Positions 1 through 7,579 of a DNA stretch of 64,000 bases are shown piece after piece (within the stretch, counting starts at the first letter, position 1; each line of letters opens with the position of its first letter). Origin of the DNA: an uncultured Gammaproteobacteria bacterium (lineage in GTDB: Bacteria; Pseudomonadota; Gammaproteobacteria; Arenicellales; Poriferihabitantaceae); the NCBI GenBank assembly GCA_947259885.1, contig CAMYNW010000021.1:8836-72835 (forward strand), written 5' to 3'. Position numbers and translations under genes: made by a program. A model generated the notes under the pieces. It did no database searches and was not told where the DNA came from. It saw only the letters and a list, made by a program, of their open reading frames with translations.

Positions 1-306
1 CAGTACGACACTGTTCTCGTCGATCAAACGAAAATCGACATTTATTCGGGGGAAAAATGTGTTCATATTCTTTTGTTCAAAATAGTGCGCAGTTTCATAG
101 ACGAGCCTATATTGCGGGCTATTTTCTGTGTCAATTGTAAAAGTAAAGTTTTCAATACAGCCTTCCTGATCGGTGACGCTTTCAGTAAGGAGATGCCAAT
201 CGTGATCGATACGGTTTCGAACCATAAGTTTAACCGGAAGATTGTGTGCGGGTTCACCACTAGTTGCATCGAGAACAAATACTACTAATCTACCCTCGGC
301 ATTCAA
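1..306 (-). CDS. Transthyretin-like (5-hydroxyisourate hydrolase family) protein. The 3' end is cut by the window edge and the catalytic residues appear substituted.
   Basis: This frame is absent from the supplied ORF track (TTG at 306-304, no ATG). My translation is LNAEGRLVVFVLDATSGEPAHNLPVKLMVRNRIDHDWHLLTESVTDQEGCIENFTFTIDTENSPQYRLVYETAHYFEQKNMNTFFPRINVDFRLIDENSVVL. It follows the HIUase/transthyretin pattern (xHVLDxxxGxPA, TNxDGR, YF..FFPxVxVxF). The TTG overlaps the stop of the upstream gene (TTGA). Confidence 0.55.
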   Translation of the reverse strand, partial: MNAEGRLVVFVLDATSGEPAHNLPVKLMVRNRIDHDWHLLTESVTDQEGCIENFTFTIDTENSPQYRLVYETAHYFEQKNMNTFFPRINVDFRLIDENSVVL

Positions 307-1487
307 TTCTTAACGCCCTTATCATTGACCCAGCATCTGATCTGGCGCCTTTCTTGTGGCGTCATTCCGGTCTTGTTATCTGGGGGCATTGTTTGTGTGG
401 TCACGCTTCTTTCCAGTATTCTGCTTCGCAAGGAGATTACCTGTTTTGGAGTGTCAAAGACGACTCCGTTAGGAGGGTTCGAGAATGATGGATCGCTTGG
501 TGTGGAAGAGTGGCATGAAGTACATCTACGCGACACCGTATCGTAAATTTGACTTATATCTATTGTCGCTTCGCATTCTTCCAGTTGGACCAAACCAGGT
601 TTGGAAAAAAATACGATAGAGATAAACAATGAAACTGAAACAACGAGGGGTAGGACTCCGGATTTCCCCTGCTGTATTTTGGTATGAACATGTTTGGCAA
701 AGCCGGCAGCGAGCACCGCCACTGGCACAATAACCCAGCTGTAGGGATGACTGTGTACCACAGGCAAATGAATGCTCAGCATGATAAAGAAAACCGGAAG
801 CGTCATGTAATGGTTATGATCTGAGCGGACTCCAGGGTGCGATTTGTATAGTGCATCCAGCGGATGTTTGTTTTCAATGGCATGTAATAGTGACTTATGC
901 CAGGGGATAATGATGAAAAACACATTGGCGGACATAATTGTGCCCATGATTGCGCCGATGTGTAAAACCGCTGCACGGCCTGTAAATATTGAGGAAAGTA
1001 AAAACCCAAGTAACGTCACCGCTAATATTCCCAACCCAGCAGACAAAGGCAGGTTCTCAACCAGTCGAGTCTTGCAGTAGAGGTTGTATAGTAACCACGC
1101 GAATACTAAAAACACGAGGCTGATGACGATTCCTGCGCCCGTCGAAATCCCGGTCATAGCTGGCTTGATTAATGCATTGGAGGGCTGGGAATAGTAAAGA
1201 ATGCTCAGCAGAATGAATCCGGATACCCATGTCAGATAGGCTTCATATTTAAACCAATGCAGTTCGTCAGGTAGCGTCTCAGGTGCTTGCTTATGTTTTT
1301 CAACATAATAAAAGTCCCCACCTTGTATGGTCCAGAAATTTCCCTCTATTTCTTTTCTCAGAAAACTCTTGTTGAATTTATTTTCCCAGGAGAATATATA
1401 AAACGACGTCCCAATCCATACTGCGGCAATAATCACATGCAGCCATCGCATGATGAGTGCTAGCCACTCTAGTTCATAAACGCCCAT
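303..1487 (-). CDS. PuuD-like integral membrane protein with a C-terminal cytochrome c domain (urate hydroxylase family)
   Basis: 394-aa ORF. The multi-TM N-terminal domain carries family-typical strings: EWLALIMRWLHVIIAAVWIGTSFY, LHWFKYEAYLTWVSGF, GRAAVLHIGAIMGTIMSANVFFIIIP, HNHYMTLPVFFIM. The C-terminal soluble part has one CxxCH haem motif (CTSCH). Confidence 0.7.
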   Translation of the reverse strand: MGVYELEWLALIMRWLHVIIAAVWIGTSFYIFSWENKFNKSFLRKEIEGNFWTIQGGDFYYVEKHKQAPETLPDELHWFKYEAYLTWVSGFILLSILYYSQPSNALIKPAMTGISTGAGIVISLVFLVFAWLLYNLYCKTRLVENLPLSAGLGILAVTLLGFLLSSIFTGRAAVLHIGAIMGTIMSANVFFIIIPWHKSLLHAIENKHPLDALYKSHPGVRSDHNHYMTLPVFFIMLSIHLPVVHSHPYSWVIVPVAVLAAGFAKHVHTKIQQGKSGVLPLVVSVSLFISIVFFSKPGLVQLEECEATIDISQIYDTVSRRCTSCHSSTPSDPSFSNPPNGVVFDTPKQVISLRSRILERSVTTQTMPPDNKTGMTPQERRQIRCWVNDKGVKN

Positions 1488-1660
1488 GACTCATCCTTGA
1501 ATGATTTAAGGTTTGTAGTTGTTCATCTACGCTGAAGTTACCCAGTACTGGGGAATTGCTTTACGCCAAATTATTTTTTCACACCACCGATATAAATATT
1601 CTAGCATATCCAGGGGAATGCTTTGGAAGGATCAGATGTGAAGGGCGCAAAGTGGTCAGC

Positions 1661-1691
1661 GCGAAAAAAGGTACTGACTCCTTTTTCGCGA
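1661..1691 (-). terminator. Hairpin downstream of the repeat-protein gene (possible terminator)
   Basis: CGCGAAAAAAGG (1661-1672) pairs with CCTTTTTCGCG (1681-1691): about an 11-bp stem with one bulge and an 8-nt loop. It sits between the 3' end of the 1766..4861 gene and the puuD-like start. There is no clean U-tract after the stem. Confidence 0.3.
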
Positions 1692-1765
1692 TCTTGAACT
1701 CTCAGGAGTTTTTGTTTGAGTTGCTACTTCTGACGGGAAATAGTCTCCGTATATTGGTTTAACTA

Positions 1766-4700
1766 TCATACTAAGCCAAGTATCTCTTGGCCCTGTTTAA
1801 AGTATCTGGGATCAAAAATCCCTCGCTCTCCTCCCATTTTTTGCGCGGCTTCACGGAAGTCAGCGGCAGGATGTAGCGCAATGAAGGCGATATAATCACG
1901 AAAACTTTCTTCGTCCGCCGAAAAGATAGCAACGAGGATGCGGCGGTCTTCGGTAAACAGCTTAAATAATATATTCTCAGAACATTCAAAAAGTCGTGAC
2001 AGTGCTGGTGAGTCATTTAACAGCAGATTCCAGATCACATTACTATCGTAATTGACCAGAAGACGAAGCACGTCATCATTTTGTTTAAAGATTAATTGTA
2101 GTAACAAGGGATCAGATTCAAAAAGAGTTATAAGCACCGCATCCGTGTGAGCGAACAGGCTGCTCAATACGCCCTCACCATGGCTGAACAAGTTTTGTAA
2201 CACGCTGGACGGGGTAGAGAATATTGCATTGAATAGCAGAGGAGAACTTGAAAACACACTGCTTATTACAGAGTCTGGTGAAGCAAAAATAATATTCAGT
2301 GTTTTATCATCATGGGAAAAAAATGAGTGTAAAACAGAGGGGGGAAGTGATAGTAAATGCCAGGCGACATCGATATTGTGTTTCAGTAAATTTTCAAATA
2401 TCGTGGTCTCACGTTCGAATACCAGATCAATCATGTCAGGACGGATATCTACATACTTTCCGTAGTAGTGCACGAATGGCTGGCTTTGAAGTCCGAATGC
2501 CTCAATGGCGGCTCGGTCACGTCCGCTTAAAATTTCTGATGGCAAAATCGCATTTTCTTCTCCGGTGATCCGAGCCTGTAGCATCAATGCACGCACAACA
2601 CCCTCTATATCATCTAAGCTCTTATTAAGTGCATTTACTATTTCAGATAGTGCATTTGGTCCCCAGGAAAAAAAATCTTCAAGCAGCAGCTTGTCGCACT
2701 GAAACAGTTTTTCAAGTGCGTCAGGTGCACAGCTAAAAAGGAGCTCAAGAGATTGACCAGGATACGAGAACAGTTCCCACAACATTGTATTTGATGAAAG
2801 AAATAACTCCCGTAGGGTTTGTTCTGGTAACTGGAATATCAGAATTTGCACATCTGCATTGTGGGTAAACAGGTTTACTAAGACGGCGTCATGGCAATCA
2901 AACAGTCTGATTAGTACATGATCTGAATGCTGTAACATCTGATGCAGTGCTTCATCTGATGTGGAAAGCAGGCGACGTTGTGTATGCAGTGCAAGCCCAA
3001 AGAATGCTCGATGTACCAGCGGGTCATGCTGCACAAAAAGACAATGCAGTAATTGGTCTGGTTGCCAGAATAACTTACGCAATACATCATAAGGTAGTGA
3101 CAATACTTGAGCCAGTGTTGTGTTCGGCATATCAAAGAACTCTTGCAATACTGAATCAGAATGAGAAAAGATCAGATCCAGAAGATCAGCGTGTCCTGCT
3201 ACTTCGCGACGTATCGCATGCAATAAGATATTGGTTCCCTCAGAATCTCCTTTTGGCAATGGTGATTGATCAAGACGCAATCGATGAGCTGTTCCAGTTA
3301 TATTGGCACCTTCGCTACTCATCATGTTCCCTGCGGTCAGTTTTTCTGCCGGAGTGGTATAGAGCTGTGACAGGATTTGTTTGAACTCATCCTCGCCTCG
3401 TTCCAGAATGCTGTAAAGTCGATTATTGTCACAGGATATAAACAATGTAAGCGCCAAGCCGCCATCTTCTGGTGAGAAAATTTTTGACATCACTGATTCT
3501 GAGTGATTAAACAAATTCCATAACAAACTGTCTGAGAGAGAAAATAGCCAGTCCAACGTCTCTTCCTGCTGAACAAAAATGCGCTCAAGGACCAGATCGG
3601 AATGTGAGAAAATCTTTTCTATTGTAGTGTCATGATGATGAAAAACTTTAAGTAATAGCTTTTCCGAGCAAGAAAAGAGTTTTTCAGGAAGAAATCCAGA
3701 GCGTATAAATATTCGCTTGGTGACATATGACGGGTACATAAACATCCACCCCAGCAGGGTGTCACTCAAGGAAAAAAGATCTGTAAATACATCCTCATGA
3801 AGGCTAAATATTGCTGTTAGGGCATCAGGCGGTAAAGCCAGCATATCCGCCAAACTATCATCGTCAAGCACGTTGCATACTTGTTTGAGTCGATCCTGAC
3901 GTTGATACATATTTCTTATTAAAACATTATCAGTATTGGCTTTGAGTAGATAGTGAACCTTGAGCTGTTGCTGTTTTGTCGGCTCGGAAACTGATTGAAT
4001 TGATTCACGGATATTGAAAGGGATCGTGTTAGTTGCAGATGAAGGCGCATAATTATCCTCGCCCTCAAACATTGTGATTACGCTTCTTAACGATGTGGTT
4101 TCACCAGACCATGTTTCACTTTTATTTATCAGCATATTTAAAAAAATATTTAGCTCTTCAGTCTCTTTCGAAAACAACTTCTCTAGCACGTAATCATCTT
4201 GATTAAACAGTGCACTTAGTAACTCATCGGGTGAGCGAAAAAGATCGAGGAGAAACTTGTCTGGCTGTGAGAATAGATTGGTAAGATAAAAATTATCTGA
4301 ATGATTAAAGATCGACTGGATCACCTGACCATCATGAGAAAACAAATCAAACAGCGCTGTGTCAGAACCGCTGAATATTTTTTCGAACACCATGTCTGCA
4401 TGTCGAAATACTGAATCAAGCGTATCGCTTGAGTGAAATATTATTTGACGTAATAGCGTATCAGAATGGTCGAAAAAGCGATTTAGCGCAAAGTGCGATC
4501 GGCTAAACAGTGTTTCAATGACACGGGGCTCGCGTTGCAACAAACTGTCAAGAAAGGATTCAGAACACCAGAATACCTTACGTAATAAGTCCGGCGAGTG
4601 AGCAAAAAATCGATTTAATATCTTTTCATCAAGTGAAAACAAGGCTTCCAACACATTATCTGGATGGTTTGCGATAACATCAATTAATTGCGAGGTAGGA

Positions 4701-4861
4701 CGAGCGTATTTCCCGATAAAAGCAGTGAACACCCAGGAGCTGGACATGCGTTCATTGCTGCTTGGGACAGGAAACTGATTCATGTAATGCCGAAAACGAT
4801 CCAGCACAACGGGACGAACCAGACTCAGGTCATTGTTATTGTTGTCAAAACGCGTTGTCAT
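1766..4861 (-). CDS. 1031-aa protein made of four blocks of an 11-residue tandem repeat (consensus approximately S-x-[SD]-D-x-[LV]-L-x-x-[LI]-F). Function unknown.
   Basis: Long uninterrupted ORF with an ATG start. The repeats are visible in runs such as FFSHDDKTLNIIFASPDSVISSVFSSSPLLFNAIFSTPSSVLQNLFSHGEGVLSSLFAHTDAVLITLFESDPLLLQLIF, where the aromatic residue recurs every 11 residues. I see no signal peptide or TM segment. Confidence 0.8.
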   Translation of the reverse strand: MTTRFDNNNNDLSLVRPVVLDRFRHYMNQFPVPSSNERMSSSWVFTAFIGKYARPTSQLIDVIANHPDNVLEALFSLDEKILNRFFAHSPDLLRKVFWCSESFLDSLLQREPRVIETLFSRSHFALNRFFDHSDTLLRQIIFHSSDTLDSVFRHADMVFEKIFSGSDTALFDLFSHDGQVIQSIFNHSDNFYLTNLFSQPDKFLLDLFRSPDELLSALFNQDDYVLEKLFSKETEELNIFLNMLINKSETWSGETTSLRSVITMFEGEDNYAPSSATNTIPFNIRESIQSVSEPTKQQQLKVHYLLKANTDNVLIRNMYQRQDRLKQVCNVLDDDSLADMLALPPDALTAIFSLHEDVFTDLFSLSDTLLGWMFMYPSYVTKRIFIRSGFLPEKLFSCSEKLLLKVFHHHDTTIEKIFSHSDLVLERIFVQQEETLDWLFSLSDSLLWNLFNHSESVMSKIFSPEDGGLALTLFISCDNNRLYSILERGEDEFKQILSQLYTTPAEKLTAGNMMSSEGANITGTAHRLRLDQSPLPKGDSEGTNILLHAIRREVAGHADLLDLIFSHSDSVLQEFFDMPNTTLAQVLSLPYDVLRKLFWQPDQLLHCLFVQHDPLVHRAFFGLALHTQRRLLSTSDEALHQMLQHSDHVLIRLFDCHDAVLVNLFTHNADVQILIFQLPEQTLRELFLSSNTMLWELFSYPGQSLELLFSCAPDALEKLFQCDKLLLEDFFSWGPNALSEIVNALNKSLDDIEGVVRALMLQARITGEENAILPSEILSGRDRAAIEAFGLQSQPFVHYYGKYVDIRPDMIDLVFERETTIFENLLKHNIDVAWHLLSLPPSVLHSFFSHDDKTLNIIFASPDSVISSVFSSSPLLFNAIFSTPSSVLQNLFSHGEGVLSSLFAHTDAVLITLFESDPLLLQLIFKQNDDVLRLLVNYDSNVIWNLLLNDSPALSRLFECSENILFKLFTEDRRILVAIFSADEESFRDYIAFIALHPAADFREAAQKMGGERGIFDPRYFKQGQEILGLV

Positions 4862-5074
4862 AACAAAGTAAGCCTAAAGTTGATCAAGATCAAATACACT
4901 TTCTCTCGATTTGACAAATTAGGTGGCGAAGTTAAGTATTTTCTAATATACATTTAGTAAAACTTCGACAGGCAGTTATCAGAAAATTGCCAATCGAAAG
5001 TGACTATAAAATAGTATTGTGCTTAAAATTATTATAAGCAATTAGTTTAAAAAACTTCTTCAAATTATTGTAAG

Positions 5075-5099
5075 TGCAGGATGGTAAGTGATTCCTGCA
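5075..5099 (+). promoter_or_regulatory. Small hairpin in the 5' leader of the encapsulin gene
   Basis: TGCAGGA (5075-5081) and TCCTGCA (5093-5099) form a perfect 7-bp inverted repeat with an 11-nt loop. It lies about 30 nt upstream of the ATG at 5131. The SD GAGGAG is at 5119-5124. Confidence 0.25.
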
Positions 5100-5130
5100 A
5101 CCCTAACAACATAACCTTGAGGAGAAGTAC

Positions 5131-6108
5131 ATGGCTCAAAAACTCTTACCCAAGTCCAACGCGGTTGTACTTTCAAGTTCGCACAAGTCGCGCCCTTTTT
5201 GGGAAGGCCGTTCTCCACGATGGATCTGCCAAATGATGATGCAGCGCGCCTGCGTTCCGGTGACTGGTGGTATTTTTCGTTTAAACAAGGTAACTGAACC
5301 TTTTATCCCAATTCAGGTATCCGCAGGGTCGAACTTGATCAATCTTCCTGCCGAAAACCTGAATGTTATGCATTCGCACAATGAAAATACTACTTTATCA
5401 AATAGCTATGCTGCATATGATGAAGCACCGCGAGAAATTCATTTGCAACCTATTCAAACCGTCGTGAAGATGCATACCCGCATTCCAGCATTATATTCTA
5501 CCCATCATAATCAGCTCGAAATGCAGTTAAGTCTGTCTGCGGAATACATGTATGAGTCCAAGGAAAACCTGATCTACAATCATCCAGACTGGGGCTTGAT
5601 AAATAATGTTGCTCCGAAGTTGCAGATCAAAAGTGATGGTGGCCCAACTCCGGATTTACTTGACGACATGCTAAGCCGTGTCTGGAAGGTTCCTGATGTG
5701 TTTGCGATGCATCCAGAGGCTATTGCTTCGTTCAATCAGACTTGTAACAGTATGGGAATTAAGCTTGATACTCTCGAGTTTAATGGTGGTCATTTTGTAT
5801 GTTGGCGCGGTATTCCAATTTTACCGACCAATAAACTTTACCTGCATGATGGCGAAGGAAAGACTCTGCATGATCGTAATCCCGGCAAGTCAAAAACTGA
5901 CATATTGTTGTTACGCATGGGCGAGGACAAGCAGGGTGTTATCAGTCTGTATGCGGCGGGCACCGAAGGCAGTCCAAGATTTCCATTCATTACAGTTGAT
6001 TTCATGGGAATATCTGATGAATCGATCGCTTCCTATATAATGACAATGTACGTAGCGGTTGCTGTTCTGACGGCCGGTGCGCTTTGCAAGGCTGAGGTTG
6101 TCATTTAA
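5131..6108 (+). CDS. Family 2A encapsulin shell protein (SrpI-type, HK97-fold nanocompartment)
   Basis: 325 aa with a strong SD. Strings that match what I recall of SrpI-type shells: RSPRW, GIFRLNKV, VKMHTRIPALYS, WGLINNVAP, GGPTPDLLDDMLSRVWKVPDVFAMHPEAIASF, FVCWRGIPILPTNK, ILLLRMGEDKQGVISLY, VDFMGISDESIASYIMTMYVAVAVLT. There is no cNMP-binding insertion, hence 2A rather than 2B. Confidence 0.8.
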   Translation: MAQKLLPKSNAVVLSSSHKSRPFWEGRSPRWICQMMMQRACVPVTGGIFRLNKVTEPFIPIQVSAGSNLINLPAENLNVMHSHNENTTLSNSYAAYDEAPREIHLQPIQTVVKMHTRIPALYSTHHNQLEMQLSLSAEYMYESKENLIYNHPDWGLINNVAPKLQIKSDGGPTPDLLDDMLSRVWKVPDVFAMHPEAIASFNQTCNSMGIKLDTLEFNGGHFVCWRGIPILPTNKLYLHDGEGKTLHDRNPGKSKTDILLLRMGEDKQGVISLYAAGTEGSPRFPFITVDFMGISDESIASYIMTMYVAVAVLTAGALCKAEVVI

Positions 6109-6123
6109 GGTCCGGAGGTCCAT

Positions 6124-6966
6124 ATGAGTAATCCAACTACACCTGATGATGGATCGTATGCGAGCAACTCATTGACGTCTGGTGAGTATGTATATGCCCA
6201 TGCCGAGCCAGTAACTGGAGGATTCAGCTTGACGGAAGAGGGCGCAACTCCTGCATCATCGGGCCCTTCTACAGAGACAGACCCTGCCAATGAAGCCCAG
6301 GAAGAAGTACTTGAAACGGTAGATCCAGGATCTAAAGAGCACAGCGTGGCCGGTGGTGGAGAATCAATGGCTGAGGACTTGGGCACAATAGAGACCGAGG
6401 AAATTATGGATGAAATGGCGGTTGAAGCGTTTATCCCTTCTGTTCCAGCAGTTCCAGCTGACTTTGCCAGTTCGCCGTGGGCGGATCTGTCGTTTCTGGC
6501 AACGCCAGGACCGATGCCTATGCCCAGTCCAGAACTAGCTGAATCGACCCAACCACCACCGGCAGCTGCAGTATCACCAACAGCTGGATCGTCACCGGAT
6601 GTGCATCCGACTGAAATGCCGGAAACTCCTGTTACTACTGGCGTTTCCGAAATGGCAAGTGGTGAAGCGCAGGATGCACACAATCCAGCCGGTCCGGTTA
6701 ATGTCGAAATGCCCGCGCCTGCGGCAATTGAAACGCCACCGGCGCCGGTCAGCACGCCCCCGGCGCCAGCAGCGGCTGAACCGAATATAGCTGCTGGAGA
6801 GTTGCCTTCGGGCGCAGCCGCTCCAACTGGCGCTGCGGGAACGGCACCAGTAAATCTTGATTCACAAGACCCGGCGGCGATAGAGATGCAGATGCAAATG
6901 AGTGAAAATACTGCTCAGCACATGGCAAAAATTCTGCAGGATATTCTTCAAAGTGAATCACCTTGA
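6124..6966 (+). CDS. Acidic Pro/Ala/Glu/Thr/Ser-rich, predicted intrinsically disordered protein (280 aa) with a short helical-looking C-terminus
   Basis: GGAGG SD at 6114-6118, 5 nt before the ATG and 15 nt after the encapsulin stop. The composition is low-complexity (PAAIETPPAPVSTPPAPAAAEP...). The C-terminal segment AAIEMQMQMSENTAQHMAKILQDILQSESP is the only non-low-complexity part. The antisense 216-aa ORF is a GC-shadow. Confidence 0.7.
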   Translation: MSNPTTPDDGSYASNSLTSGEYVYAHAEPVTGGFSLTEEGATPASSGPSTETDPANEAQEEVLETVDPGSKEHSVAGGGESMAEDLGTIETEEIMDEMAVEAFIPSVPAVPADFASSPWADLSFLATPGPMPMPSPELAESTQPPPAAAVSPTAGSSPDVHPTEMPETPVTTGVSEMASGEAQDAHNPAGPVNVEMPAPAAIETPPAPVSTPPAPAAAEPNIAAGELPSGAAAPTGAAGTAPVNLDSQDPAAIEMQMQMSENTAQHMAKILQDILQSESP

Positions 6967-7095
6967 AACCAATAATCCAGATATGGGGGTTGATAGAATT
7001 AAGGAAGTTGATGGTTCTGTCTTAGGTGTAGTTTTAAACCTTAAAGGTGCTGGAAAATGGATACGACCATTACCAACTAGAGTGCGGTTTATTAA

Positions 7096-7554
7096 ATGAA
7101 TGACGCAATCGCCAGCGCTAATGGTCAAGTTGTGAGCAAGCTTGATCAGTCGGCCATGACAGTCAATCAGATATTCATCATTGGACTGCCAGTACTAGGG
7201 TTTATTTTTGACTCGCCGTGGCCGTTGATATTTACGGCGTCAGTTATGTTAATCGGACTTGTTATTCCGCAGCTTCGTTTGTTCAATCTTATCTATATGC
7301 ATGTGGTCAAGCCGCTCGGTTTACTGAAACCAAATGTCATTAAAGACGATCCGGCACCACATCGATTTGCGCATTTGTTAGGGGGCATATTTCTATTGAT
7401 CGCATGTGGCTTAATATTCCTCGATTACAGTGCATTAGGTTGGATATTCTGCTGGATCGTAGTTGGCCTCGCGCAATTGAATCTGCAGGCACATTTTTGT
7501 GTTGGTTGTTTCATGTATTTGCATTTAAGCAGGCTCATTTCAACCCGTAGCTGA
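7096..7554 (+). CDS. Small polytopic membrane protein, DUF4395-like
   Basis: 152 aa with about 4 hydrophobic segments and a C-terminal FCVGCFMY motif, as I recall for DUF4395. It lies 25 nt upstream of the Trx-TrxR fusion gene. Confidence 0.5.
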   Translation: MNDAIASANGQVVSKLDQSAMTVNQIFIIGLPVLGFIFDSPWPLIFTASVMLIGLVIPQLRLFNLIYMHVVKPLGLLKPNVIKDDPAPHRFAHLLGGIFLLIACGLIFLDYSALGWIFCWIVVGLAQLNLQAHFCVGCFMYLHLSRLISTRS

Positions 7555-7579
7555 CAAAAAATTACCATAAGGAAAGAAT

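Noticed and set aside
63-288. Track ORFs 63..278 (-) and 73..288 (+), 71 aa each
   Set aside because: Neither looks protein-like. A third frame on the minus strand, with no ATG and therefore missing from the track, gives a clear transthyretin/HIUase-family translation that explains the region.
6105-6755. 216-aa antisense ORF opposite the disordered-protein gene
   Set aside because: This is a GC-rich low-complexity shadow frame with no SD. The plus-strand gene has a strong SD and operon spacing. Experimental confirmation would still be useful.
6983-7099. 38-codon ORF (MGVDRIKEVDGSVLGVVLNLKGAGKWIRPLPTRVRFIK) whose TGA overlaps the ATG of the DUF4395-like gene
   Set aside because: The ATGA overlap is suggestive of coupling. 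However, there is no SD, no recognisable family, and it is very short. The evidence is too weak to call as a gene.
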